64,000 nt of DNA, taken from Neocallimastix sp. 'constans'. Taxonomy: Eukaryota. The stretch covers positions 1-64,000 of the forward strand of contig JBODTK010000134.1 in the NCBI GenBank assembly GCA_050613775.1. Direction: 5' to 3'. Shown here in pieces: positions 41,551-56,644 of the stretch. A program made the translations under genes and the position numbers. The notes under the pieces were generated by a model. It saw only the letters and a program-made list of their open reading frames with translations. It had not been told where the DNA came from and made no database searches. Every line of letters begins with the position of its first letter. The stretch's first letter is position 1.

Positions 41551-42250
41551 TTAAAGTGATCCAAATGTACTTTCACCAGAATATATCATATAAAGGAAAC
41601 CCTATAATAGTTTATTTTATTTATTAATTGTTAATAATATTTATTTAGTAAATTATTGGTTTTTAAAAAACTATTTCCTTTATTAAATATATTTATATAC
41701 TATAACATAAAACTAATAAAAAAAAAAGAATTACATCTTCATCCTTGTGCTCTTCGTAAATTGTACTCATTAAATTAGCAGCTGGTACATTAACACCATC
41801 AATATATACAAAAAGGGCTTCATCGGGTTGAAGCTTAATTCTCTTTCTTCATTTCAATTAAATAAAAAAAATAAAAATAAAAATAAAAATTGAAAAAAAA
41901 AATAATAATAATAATAATAATTACTTAATAAAAATTTTCAATTATTATACAAAATATTATTATTAAATATATATATATATATATATATATATTTATTATT
42001 TACCTTATAACATACATAAATTGACCTTTTTATTAAATATAATTGGTAATAATAATAATAATAATAAAAATAAAAGACATATATCAAATTAATATATTAT
42101 TAATATCCATTATAAAGACTTTTAAATAATGATTAATTTTATGTATTATTATTATTGAATATTAATTTAAAAAAAAAAAAAAAAAATAAAAATAAAAAAA
42201 TAAAATAAAATAAAATAAAATAAAATAATACATATATTCAAATCTACTAC

Positions 42251-42289
<39 letters not shown>

Positions 42290-43000
42290 TAATCAATTAT
42301 TTATTTATTTATTCATTTTATTTTTATTTATTTTATTTTATTTTATTTTATTTAATTATATTTGATTTGATTTGATTTTAATTCTTACCAGCTGTTAAGT
42401 TAGAAGGAACCTTTATATTATAATTAATAAATAAATAAATAATAATAAATTAATTAATAAGATATTAACTTTTTATATCTATAATTGTATATACATTCTA
42501 ATACATTAATTATAAGGTTATAATAATATTTACCAAGAACTTCTTTTTATCAATATCTTGAATATTACTTTTTTTATTCTTTTCAACGATACTGTTGAAT
42601 ATTTATATAATTATAAATCATTAATAGCTTTGTTTAATACTAATAATATATAAAAATATTTTAAGATATTATATTTTATCTTAAATTAATAAATATAGAT
42701 TTTTACCATGGTATTCTATCCTGATATTTTTCCTAAAAATTACCATAAATATAAGTAAAACATTTAAAATTTATATATATATATATATTATAATTTAAAT
42801 TTTTGTTTATGGTTTAATAACATACTCTTATTCTCTTAGCTTCTTTCTGACGCTCCTCTTGTAAATGTTAAAATATTAAATTTATAAATTGGAAAAATTT
42901 TATATAATTAACAATATTGTTGTATCCTTATAACAATAAATTAATATTATAATAAAAAACCAATAAAAATACCAAAAGTGTGTGAATCACGGAAACTCAT
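41551..43000 (-). CDS. ATG8: Autophagy ubiquitin-like protein Atg8 (116 aa, 8 coding exons)
   Basis: Exons 43000-42973, 42857-42826, 42732-42707, 42591-42534, 42410-42389, 42025-42004, 41846-41735 and 41601-41551. Protein: [116 protein letters not shown], with the lipidation Gly in TFG. Confidence 0.95.
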
Positions 43001-43745
43001 TTCTATTATGTCTATTTTATTTTAAACTGCTAAAATCACCTGTACAAAATAATAATAATAATAATAATATACAAATAAAATAAAAATTTTATATTTATAT
43101 GTAAGAAATGAAGAAAAATTACAAACAATAATAATAATAATACAATTTTTAATATTTATTTCAAGGAATATAGAAATTATGACTATAATATCTATTGAAT
43201 TAATAATATTGTTATAATAATTATTAATAATAATTTTATATTTAATATTTATTTTATAATCTAATATTTTATTATGTATTATGTGATTTTACTTTCCAAT
43301 GTTCTTTATTTATTAACAATATGTGGAAATATATTTTTATTTTCAAAGCATAAAATATTATAGTATTTATATATATAATCCATACAATATGATAACACCA
43401 ATTTCAATTTAACTATTATTACATAAAAAGTACTTTTATCCTTAAAATTATATATATATATATATATACTATTTTATACTATTCGACTTGATTATGTGTA
43501 TAAAATAATAATATTAATGTTAATATATAATTGTAAATTTAAAATATTATTTATTATTTTATATTATTATTAAGACATTATATTTCCAATAATAATGAAA
43601 TTTTATAATTAATATAAATATATCAATACAAAATTTGTCTTTTTATTAAATTTTCCTTTTATATTGATTTTATTTCTCCTGTTTTGTTTCGTTTTGTTTT
43701 GTTTTGTTTTGTTTTTATTTTACTTTAAAATTAATATTCAACAAT

Positions 43746-43790
<45 letters not shown>

Positions 43791-44089
43791 TAATTATCTC
43801 TCCTTATTTCTTTTATATTGATAATATCACTCCAGTTAAAAATGATTTTGATTATTATTTAAAAATTAATATTCAACAATTAATTTTATTAATTATTATC
43901 TCTTATAAATTATTATTAGGTATTTGAATAATGTATAATGCATTATAATTCATATATAGCTTATAATGAAAATAATATATATATATATATATATTTCTTA
44001 TGTTCATATTTATTAATTATTCTACTTAATACTTCAATAAATAGCAATGTATATTCAATTTATATATTAATATATATAGTAAATATAAA

Positions 44090-44120
<31 letters not shown>

Positions 44121-44253
44121 CTTTTATTTTTTTATTATTTTTATGGATATTTTACTTTTTTATCTTTATATTATATAATATTTTCAGCTTTATATAAAAT
44201 TAATAATTTATTTATATTGTATAAAAATATAATAGGTAATTTATTTTTATGAA

Positions 44254-44287
<34 letters not shown>

Positions 44288-45800
44288 TAGAAAATAAAAA
44301 AAATGGAAATAAAAAAAATGGAAATAAAAAAAAATGGAAATAAAATAATTATTTTTTATCTTTATTTTCTAATTTTCTAAAAAAAATAAAATCTTGTCAG
44401 TCACAATTTGTTAATTTTATTTATTACTAAACCAAAATATATATATATAAATCAATTAAGATATATAGATATAAAAATTTATTAAAAATTTTAATTTACA
44501 ATATATTAATAATAAAGATGATACATAATTATAATAATAATATTAAATCCTTTCAATAGAAAATCTTTAAAATAAGTTTAAAAAAAAATAAAAATAAAAA
44601 TAAAAACGATAAAGAGTAAATAAGATTTTTCATTATTGTTTATAAATTACAGAACTCTACTAGCAAATTTTGTTGAATATTATTTTTTAAAATTGCAATA
44701 CATAAATAAAAATAAAAGAAGCAAAACGTTAAACAAAGTAAAATGAAATAGAATAATTAAATATATTAAGATATAAATATTTATAATAATAAAATATCTT
44801 AACGTATATACTTTTCTTATTATTTTTTATACAAGTTAACTATAACAAAATGAACAATATAAAATTCTATATTTTAATATTAATATTTATTAATAAAAAA
44901 AAAATTAAAAAATAAAATAAAAATAATGACAAATTAAATTATAAATTGTTAATTCATATATATAAATTAATGCAAATTGTTTCACTAAAGCAATTAAATT
45001 TATATTAGAAATTCATTTCATATTTAAATTCTATTAATTATAATCGATATTTGACTTAATTTTAACATTTAACTAATGTAAATGTATTAACCCATATTAT
45101 TAGTAAATCGAAAGTAGATAAGAACATTAAACAAAGATTAAAAGTTATAAATTTCAATAATTATATAATTGAATAATAATATATAGAAAACGATCCTCTA
45201 TATTAAAATATATTATTAAATTGCTAACGATATAATATAGATTTTAAATATACTTTGATAATTTTTATTCAAAATAAAAAATAAAAAATAAAATAAAATA
45301 AAATAAAATAAAATAAAATAAAATAAAAAAAAAAAAAAAAAAAAGTTATTTGCTAAACACTAAACAAAATAAAATGTTGAAATTCTATATATATAATAAA
45401 TTTAAAATTTAATAAAGCCTTTTGACATTGTCACGTGTATATGATAATTAAATGAAAATAGATTATAATTAACTATATAAAAATATATATATATGTATAT
45501 ATATTGATAAAATGTCTTTAAATTTAAAATTTAGATTTTAGTTGTTGTTCTTTATTATTTAGTTTTTATAATCAAACAATAAAAATAAAAATAGCAAAAA
45601 AATTAATATATATATATATATATATATTTTTTATAAATCTCTATTACTAGTTGTTTATTATAAATGAAAAAGTTTTGACATTATTTTATAATAATATGTA
45701 AATATTAACAAAATTTAAAGTTTATATTATTTATTTTAATTAAAATTTCTATGTTAATATCTTTTTTTTTATTAAACTCTTCTAAATATCAATATTATTA

Positions 45801-45832
<32 letters not shown>

Positions 45833-46941
45833 CAATTTATTATTATATAATTATTAATTAATCTTTAAATTATTTATTTAAATATTAAAAGGAGCATAAA
45901 ATTATTAGATAACCAAAAATATATATATATATTTTTTAAAATAGCATTAAAATTAAATATTATTTAACTTATTTAAATATTTATTATATTTATTTAAATT
46001 CATTATATTTATTTAAATTTATAATATTTATTTAAATTTATTATATTTATTTAATTAATTTATTAATTTATTTAATTATTTATTTCGCTTTGTTAATTGG
46101 AATTAACAAAGCAAAAAGTTATTTATTTTAATTAAAAACAATGGAGTTTAACAAATATAAAAGTAATGATAATAATAATATTAATGATATTAATAATAAA
46201 TAATAATGAATAATAATGAATAAGTAATAAATAATAATATATAGCAAACATTCCTTTTTAATAATTCACATATTAAAATACCCATGTGAAATTACTTAAC
46301 TATAGATTCGTATTAAAGAGAGCTTTTAAAATTATATATATATGTTTTCTTTAAATAATTAATTGTATTATATTATTTTAAAAGTATATATATAAAAAAT
46401 ATTAAATAATATATAAATGGAATAAAGAGGTTTACCAAAAAAATAAAAATAAAATAAAAATAAAAATAAAAAAGAAAAATAAATAAATAAACTTTTTAAA
46501 AAATATATACTTTTTTTTCTTTTTTGAAGTTTATTTCGGATAAAAGTAATAATAAAATTTTCTTTTTTTTTTTTTTCCTTTATTTAAAAAAATAATAATA
46601 AATAATCTGTGGTTATTAATATTTTAAAAGCGTATATACGTTTTACTTAATAACATTTTTTTTCCTTTATTTAAAAAAAAAAAAATTACTAAATTATCGG
46701 TGATTATTAATATTTTAAAACATATATACTTTTTACTTAATGACATTAAAATTTATATAATTATATAATATATATTTCTTTATATATGTTTTATTAACAA
46801 TTTCAAAAAATTTTATATACTATAACAAAAAAAAAATAATAATAATAATATATATATACATAATTTTTTTCTAGTTTTATTAATAATTTCAAAAAACTTT
46901 ATATAATGTAACAAAAAAAAAAAAATAAAAATAAAAATAAA

Positions 46942-46981
<40 letters not shown>

Positions 46982-49542
46982 TATATATATATATATATAT
47001 GCATAATTTTTTCTAGCTTAAAAAGAAAATAAAGTATTTTTCAAAAAAATATTTCAGTTTCATTTAACTCAAAAAATCTTATTTCGGAGTTGAAAAAAAA
47101 ATATATATATATATAATTGAATTTTAAAAATAATATTAAATATATTAAATAATTAATTAACAGATCAAAAAAAAAAAAAAAAAAAAAAAAAAAGTTAAAG
47201 ATATTTTAAAATATGTCTATTATCTATAAACTTTTATTTTTGTTCTTTTTTATTTATTTTTTTACTTAGTTTATACTAATAATTTACTATTATTATCATT
47301 TTTCTTTATTAAAAAAAAAAATTTTTTTTTTTTAATAAATTGTATACAATTCTTTAATTTCTCCAAATTAATTAAAAAATATATATATATTAATTAACTG
47401 ATAAATTTAAATATATATCTATCATTTTATTTGTACTTCCACATGTTAATCTAACCTACAAAATCATCTCCAATATGATTAATAAGTTGAAAAAAAAGAA
47501 TATATATAAAACTTTTATAATTTGAGGGGAAGGAAAAAAAAAGATAAAGAAAAAAAAAAGGAAAAAAATAAAATAATTTATTACTACTTATATATATAAT
47601 TATAAAATCATAAAATTTTTTTTAAATGATAATATATATATTTTATGTAAGAAAATCTATAAAATAATTAGTAAATAAAACAAAATAAAATAAAAAGAAA
47701 GACCGCTATAAAGAAAATTATTTAAAATTATTAATTAATGTATATATAACAAAGTAGTATTAAATTGAAAGCCACTACATAAATGTATTAATGGGTTTGA
47801 GGTAATATTATAATATATGTAACTGCCACATATTTACATAAATTTTAAATAAATTTAAAATTTCTATTATGGATATAATATTTAATAAATAATAATATTG
47901 CAAGCCACTTGAATGTAAGAAATAAAATTAAAATCTAATCATATTCACTAATGTATTTATTAAAATTAATTTATTATATATTAAAATTACATTTATATTG
48001 TAATATTCCATATAAGATAAAAATAATTAATACATCATTTAATAAACTATAATAATAGAATATATTACAATGTAAAGTAATATATAAATTAATGTATTTA
48101 AATTAATTAAACTATATATATAAACAAAATTGATAAAAAAGAATGTTTTTATGATTTTTTACCAATTCACAAAAAAAAAATTAATAAATAGTAATAAATA
48201 GAAATAAATAGTAATAAATAGTAATAATGGTAATAAATAGTAATAAATTGAAATAAATAGAACCAATTAGTAATAAATAGTAATAAATATTATTTTTTAA
48301 TTATATATTTTTAATAAAGATAATAAGAATTTTATAATATAAAAAATTTTAAATTTTAAAAAAAGAATTTTTTTAAATTGTTTTTAATCATATATATAAA
48401 TATATTTTATAATGCTATATAAATAAACAAAATATTATTTAAATAAATTTTTTTTTTTTACTTCAATTTTCAGGCAATAATTTTAAATATTTACCAATAA
48501 ATAAAATAACTTTATTTAATTATTATAAGTTCATACATTTAATTATTAAAATTTATTTTATATAGTATTTTTCAGTATTATCAGAATTCTGTACTCTATA
48601 CATAAATTATAATTTACAATACTATAAATTATATACGTTTCATAATAAAAAAAAATAAAAACAAAAATAATAAAAGTATAAATACAAAGTTTTAACAAAT
48701 AAATAACAAATAATATAATTATTATAAAAAATTAAAAATTATATAATAGGCTTATCTATATTACATTATACATGTAACATAGGTTTTAAGATATTATAAA
48801 ATTGATATTTATATCACTTAGAAAGTTGAAATAAAAGTCATAATAATAGAGTCATTTTTAATTATATACAAAAGGAAGTATTTTTTTGGAAAAAAATAAA
48901 ATAATAAGATAAAATATTTTAATTATTTGTTTTAAAGTAAAGACATTATAAAAGAAGAAACATTTTGGATAAAAATAAATAAATAAATAAAATTTCAATA
49001 AAGCACAAAATAAAATAAAATCTCAATAAAGCACAAAATAAAATAAAATTACAGGAACTAGTTAATAATGAAAATAGATAAAATAAAATATATATAATAT
49101 GATATATATTTTATATTATCAGTTATCTTTTTGTTTTAATATTAATATACTATTATAATTTTAATTATTAAAATATAACATATAATATAACTCAAAAAAA
49201 AAAAAAAGATAAATTCCTATAACCGTATAATATTACTCTAAATAAAGAAAAGAAAAAATTCTTATAAGTATGAATTATTTTATTATTATTGCTATTGTAA
49301 TTGTTATTTCGATTTTAGTTTAGTTTTAGTTTATATATATATATATAAAATGAATTATTATATATCATTTTTATTAATATTCTTAAAATAAGATATGTGT
49401 AAATACATATATTTATAATTAATAATAATATGTAATTATTAAATATTAAAGTTATTATTACTTAGTATTTTTAGAAACATTATTTTAAAAAAAAAAATAA
49501 GAAAATGAGCAATTCAAACGAATTTATAAATAGTGAAATAGA

Positions 49543-49608
<66 letters not shown>

Positions 49609-50524
49609 AGAAAATGAGCAATTCAGAAGAATTTATAAATAATGGAATAGATAATTAAGTTATAATTATTATTGTTGTTATTGTCATTATTCTTATTTTT
49701 ATTATTTATATTTGTATATATATATATATGTATATTTGTGTATTTATTTAATTATATATTTTATATATTTATTGAAAAAAAAATATATATATTTATTTAA
49801 TATTGATATATTTTATAATATCATTTATATATCATAATATTATTAAAAAGAACTCAAAATTTCTTTAGTACAGAAAAAATATTTTGAATAATATTGATAT
49901 ATTTAATAATTTCATTGAAAAAACTCAAAATTTCTTAAGGACAGAAAAAATATTTTGACAATTCAAATCAAGAAATTACAATAACTGATAAACTAAATAA
50001 TAATAACAATTTTTTTTTTTTATTAAAAAAAATATATATATATATATTAGGTAATGTGATAATATATATATAGTATTAGTTAATTTCAAAAAATTAATTT
50101 ATTATTTTTATCAAAATATTTAAACATGAATATATAATATTTACAAATTATTATTATTTTTTTTTTTTTTTTTTTTTTTATGTTTTTTTATTATATTTTA
50201 TTTTTATAATATTATATTTATTTATAAAAATATTAGTAAAAATATAACAAATAAAAAAATAAAAAAAAAAAAAAAAGAAAATGCTTGGTTCAAATTCCAT
50301 GTCAAAAAGCAAAAAAAGGAATAGAAGTTTAAGTTCCAATCCATATTATACCAGAAATAGAAAAAATAAAATGATAAAATCAAATACTTTTGGTATCTAT
50401 TATAATTTATATAATTGATATAATTAAAAAAAAAAATTTTTAATAATATTTTTTTTTATTACAAATTTTAAAATTTTTTAAAAAAATATTTGCATATAAA
50501 AAAAAAAAAAAATTAAATTAAATA

Positions 50525-52299
50525 ATGAAAGACGTGTATGATATTGAACAATCCACTTCAAAGAGAAGAAGAAGAACAATAAAATCAAAAAATATAAAAA
50601 ATAGCGAAAAAATTAATAATATTGATATAATAGTGGATATAGATAAAGTGTAAGGATTATTCGTATATATTTATTATTTATATATGTATATACTGTGTCC
50701 TTTTTTTTTTTTTTTCTTTTTTTTTTTTAAGTATATATATATGTATTATACTGATCTAATATTATTATAAAAAAGTACGAAAAGGTTTGATGAAAATAAT
50801 GAAATAAATGAATTCAATGATAAAGATATATTATCACCCTTATCTCCTATATCTATAACATCAGATAATACAGAACCTATAATAGAGATAATTTCTACAA
50901 AAGAAAAACTTATAACAATAAATGATGATACAAATTTACCATATTCAAATTATGATACTACCATTGTAAATCATAATGATTATAATAATAATAATAATGA
51001 AAATAATAATGATGATGATAATAATGATAATAATAATAATAATAATAATGATAATAATAATGATAATAATAATAATAATGATGATGATGATGATGATGAT
51101 GTTGAAATTATAGGTGAAAAATATATTAAATATTCTTCTCAACCCACTGTTTTTGAAACTTTTACTAAAAATAAAATATTATGGTGCCATTACGTAAGTT
51201 TAATAGAATAATGATGAAATAATAATTTATAACTACTATATTAAACATATATATATTTCATATATTTTATAGTGTGGCTCGACACATACTTCAAATTGGC
51301 GTCACGGTCCATGGGGAAAAAAATCGCTTTGCAAGTATGAATCATCCACTTTTTTTTTTTTTTTTTTTTAGTTTTATTTTGTTTTGTTTTAATATTATCA
51401 TTATCATTAAAAATTTTATGATATAAAAATTATTAATATATAGTAAAAAAAAAAATTTTTTTTTTAACTGTATTGTCTTTAATTAATATAGTAAGCACGG
51501 ATGTGATTATAAAGGTTACGGTTTTTCAGTAAAACGACCCCGTTTAAATTTAAGTAAATTTACAAAAGAAACTTCAAAAAGAATACGACCAGTTATTCAA
51601 GAATGTAAGTTTTAGTATATATATCAAATAACAAATAATAATTCAATAATAACTTATATATACTATATAAAATACGATATTGACTTATTAATAAACAATA
51701 GATTGTTGTGTTTGTTTCTCTGATAATTCAACTAAAGATAATGTATTAGTTATGTGTAATGGCTGTTATAGAGGTAAATAAATATAATTATGATATTATT
51801 TTTTGTTCTAATTTTATATATATATATTTATATTTATATATTTAAATGTTTATTTATAATTAATAAAAAAAAAAATATTTATTTATAATCATGATTATCA
51901 TTAATTAATTATTTTCTAAATAAATAAAATAAAATTAAAAAAAAAAAAAAATAAAAAAATAAAAAATAAAAAAAAAAATAAAAATAATATAAAATAGCAT
52001 ATCATCAAAATTGTTATCCAGATAAAATTAGCTCAGATATTGGTATTATAAATAATTAATAAGTAACGTCAATTATAGTCTTATATTTATTGATATATAT
52101 ATATATCTTTTTTTAATAATATTAAATAATCCTTAGTTAATTCTACTGACCTATTTTATTGTAAGGAAGAATGCAAACATACTAGAGAAAAGAAAAAAAT
52201 AGGTAAATTATTTATTATTATAATATCAATTTGTATATTAATTATTTTCATTTATATAAATTATTAATGTTACTAATATTTAATTATATATACTATATT

Positions 52300-52358
<59 letters not shown>

Positions 52359-53354
52359 GATCTTTATAGAAACTAATTTACCAAAAAAAAATCTTCCACT
52401 TATGTTAAATAGTAGAGTTTCTTCTTTAAAATCAAAAACATTAGATACAAAGTCAGTTGAAAATATGACACCTGCACCTACACCTGCACCCAATTCGCCA
52501 GATAATAAAAATACACCTATAACAACGGATATTCAAGAACCACTGCAATTAATTGAGCCTGAACCAAAAATTTTAAAAGCTGGAATTAATATCGAAAAGT
52601 CATCATTAGAACTTATAAAAAGTATTTTTTTTTTTTTTTTTTTTTTTATAGTAAACAATATTTTATAATATTAATTTGTAGATATTATTATATCATTTAT
52701 TATCTATTATTTATTATTTATTATGATTATAATTACTTTATTAGAATTTAATATCTTATATAATATTATATTTATATTAATAATTAATATTATGAATAAA
52801 TTATGATAGAACAACGTCAATTACAAAGAAAACGTGGTGAAGATGATAAAGTTATATATCATACAAAACACCTTTCACCAATTGTTGGTTTTAAACATAA
52901 TGAAATACCACTTCCAACTTGGGAAATTCGTAATGAAAATAAAATTGATATTTCTTCAAATAAAAGAAAACGTAAAAATTATAAGAAAGAAATGGTAAAA
53001 TATAAATTAATAAAATAAAATATCAATATATCATATAAATACAAAACAATTTTTTATTTATGCTAATATATATATTATTTCTTTTTTTTTTTTTTTTTTT
53101 TTTTTTTTGTTTTGTTTTTGTTTTTGTTTTTGTTTTATTTTATTATTATTATTATTATCATATATATATATTTATAAAAGTTGGAAGATATATCAGACGA
53201 AGCATATATAAAAAGACATTATCCATTAGAGTTATCTGAAAAATGCAGTCGTTGTGGTTCTCTAATTAATACTTCTAAGATTGATGAAGAGGCTCTTAAT
53301 AAAATGATAGAAAAACAAGCAAAGCAAAAAAAGTTAAAGAAGGGTTACATCTAT

Positions 53355-53360
<6 letters not shown>
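50525..53360 (+). CDS. Nuclear protein with GATA-like zinc finger, PHD finger and C-terminal PEHE-like motif (~505 aa, 10 exons)
   Basis: Exons 50525-50649, 50776-51193, 51273-51334, 51492-51604, 51702-51773, 51998-52042, 52137-52202, 52370-52621, 52810-52994 and 53181-53360. All introns are GT-AG and the 1518 nt are in frame. Basic NLS-like KRRRR; D/N-rich tract; GATA-like CHYCGSTHTSNWRHGPWGKKSLCNKHG; PHD CCVC..LVMCNGCYRAYHQNCY..FYCKEEC; PEHE-like EIPLPTWE..LEDISDEAYIKRHYPLELSEK. Confidence 0.85.
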
Positions 53361-53397
<37 letters not shown>

Positions 53398-53568
53398 GTA
53401 TACTTAATAGATAATTTTTTTAAAATATATATATATATACTTAATTACTACATAATATTATATATTATATCATATTTAATATTAAGATTTTTGATTATTC
53501 CCAAATTTTACATCACAAAAAATTATTCATACTTAAAATTAATTTTCACTTATATATAGTTTTCTTTA

Positions 53569-53626
<58 letters not shown>

Positions 53627-54096
53627 TATATATATATTTATATATTTATATAAATATAAATAAATATTATATTATATTATAAATAATATAAATAATATAA
53701 TATTATAATTATCATAAAGAAATTATAAGTATTAATTTTAAATTTTATATATATATATATATATATTTAATTTTTATTATTTATTATTAATTATTTGTTT
53801 GTTTATTTAAAATATATAATAATTTAAAATTTAATAGACCTAATTTATAATATATATAATATGGAAAAATAAATATATATAATAGTGTGTTTTGTTATCA
53901 TTTCTATGATAAATAGAAAAGACAATAGCATTATTTGATTATATCTTAATTTATTTATTTTACATATTATAAGAATCAGAAGTTTTAAATCAAATTTAAA
54001 AGTTTATTTAATCAGTTAAATAATATTTGATTAAATGTGTATATATATATATAATATAATATATATATTAATGTTTAGAATAATATTTAGATAATA

Positions 54097-54146
<50 letters not shown>

Positions 54147-54582
54147 ATTCATTATGAAAATATTAAACAAATAAAAATATTAAACATTGAGTTTTTATAA
54201 TATTGTAAATTCATTTTTCATTCAAAAAAAAAAAATTAATTTTATTGTATCATTATATTAGATTATCTTAATGAAATTAGTTCTTCTAACCATATAGATG
54301 TTGATTACTTTATTATACCAGTGAAATATCTTTCACTTTTCTAATAAAAATATATCCAATTTAAATTATGTTTATGGATTTTATGAATATATCAAAAACT
54401 TCATCTTGCTATATATCACAATATAAATTTTTTTTTCTTTATTATTTGTTATTGATCTTTTAAGTAATGATATATTTAAGCAAAATAACCTTGAATGCTT
54501 TGTTCATTAGATTATATTAAAGAAAACTTCATCGGGAACAATAAAAATATAATAATTTTTATATTTGTTACCTGAGAGAATG

Positions 54583-54624
<42 letters not shown>

Positions 54625-55719
54625 GAATCTCTTTTAATTATTGATTTATGTCTCTTTATTTCTCTTAACATCTCAGCTTATTGGTCTATATACTGTTAGA
54701 GAAAAAAGAAGAAGGATTTATTTATCAATTCTTTTTAAATATTTTAAATAAAAAGGTTTGTGAAATTGCTATAATAATATTAGAAAAAAGCTTTTTTTTT
54801 TTTTTTTTTTTTAATTATTTCAATATATTCTTTCCCAAGCTATCCGTTACCTGTATAAATTAATTTCTAAATTGAAAAAGGTCCGTGAAAAAGCTATCGC
54901 ATTAACTTCTTACTCCATAGAAGAAACTGAAGCCCCCTGTGATAGAATTGATATTTTAATTAAGGAACACAATAGTTTATGTAAATACCTAAAGAAGCAT
55001 TAAAACGAATCACGTGGAAGTATGCATAAATTAAAGAAAAAACATTGTTAAAAAAATATATCTTATTTATTATATACATGAAATTTTTTATTTAAAAATA
55101 TTATATATTTTATAATATTAATATTTAATTAAAATTATATCATATTATTTAATGTTCAAAAAATTAAATTTGAAAAAAAAAAAAAATTATTATTTTAATT
55201 TTGTTAACGTTAAACTAATAAAAATATTAAATTTTTTAAATTTTTTCAATATTGTAAATTATTAATTATAATTTCTTTTTTCTTTTTTTATATTTAATAA
55301 TTTTCTTTTTACTTTCAAAAATTTTTAACAATAGTATATTAAAGTATATCATTAATAATTAACTTAAAAGATTTATTTCATAAAAATATAATTTATATGA
55401 TTTATTTATTTTATTTTATTGTATTTTATTTTATTATCTTATAAATCAAAGAATAATTTAAATTTTTTTTTTTTTTTTTTTTTTTTAGTAAACACATTAC
55501 TTAAAAAAAACATGATAATTGTTTATTAATACTCCAATCGTTATATTTAATCTTCAAACATTAATAAGATTTATATTATTTATAGTTTGAAATCCCCAAA
55601 ATAAATTAAATTTTATTAAAGAATTCTTTGACGTTTTTCTGTGGTTACAAATGGTATAATAATAAAATATATACTTTATTAAACATTAATAAGTTTTTTA
55701 TTTATTCATTCATTCATTT

Positions 55720-55759
<40 letters not shown>

Positions 55760-55815
55760 CAAAAATAAAAACAAAATAGTTTGAAAATTTAGAAAAAATA
55801 ATAATATTAATATAA

Positions 55816-55859
<44 letters not shown>

Positions 55860-56318
55860 GACCAAACTAGTATATATATATTTTTTATTTTTAAAAAAAA
55901 ACAAGTCTTATAATATTAAATTAAAAATTGAAAAATCTAATAAATTTTAAATAAGAATAAAAAATATTAAAATCTTTCCAATATAATTCTTTTATTAATA
56001 TATTTTCCATATATTAACGAAGTAGTATATGGAAATACATAACTTGAAAAATGAAATACAAAATAAATTATATTAAAGTCAGTATTAGTAGTATTTCTAC
56101 TATTGTTACTTACAAAGCTGATGAATATAGCATAGAAATTTTAAATTAAATATCCTGAATGAAATATCTTGCTAAAGTTAATTATGAGTTGGAAGTGGAA
56201 GTGAAATTACCAACTCATTCAGATACCGGTTATGAAAATGAATTAAAAAGTTATAAAGTTGAATAACTAGAGTTGATTCAATAGTAGATAATAAAAAATC
56301 ATGTATTTAATATACAAA

Positions 56319-56358
<40 letters not shown>

Positions 56359-56612
56359 ATTGTATTTTAATACTAAAACTTTTATTTAAGATGTGGAATA
56401 ATTTGTACTTCCACTCTTTTGTACTCTATGTAATATTCATATCTTTATATATATTGATATAAAACAAATAGATAACTCAACTTGTTTATATACTATTATT
56501 CCTATTATTATATTAATATATTTCTCTAAAATCTAAATTATTTCTTAAATGTATATAGTAATAAATTAATTAAGATTCAATGACCAGAATTTACTTGAAA
56601 ACTAATATAATA

Positions 56613-56644
<32 letters not shown>

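Noticed and set aside
46087..46112. 12-bp hairpin GCTTTGTTAATT-GG-AATTAACAAAGC as a terminator
   Set aside because: Rho-independent terminators are not relevant in a eukaryotic nuclear context, and there is no adjacent gene.
47769..47910. Three GCCAC motifs as a regulatory cluster
   Set aside because: Too short and too far from any start codon to support.
50945..51142. Minus-strand poly-Ile ORF
   Set aside because: Antisense of the D/N-rich tract in exon 2 of the GATA-PHD-PEHE gene.
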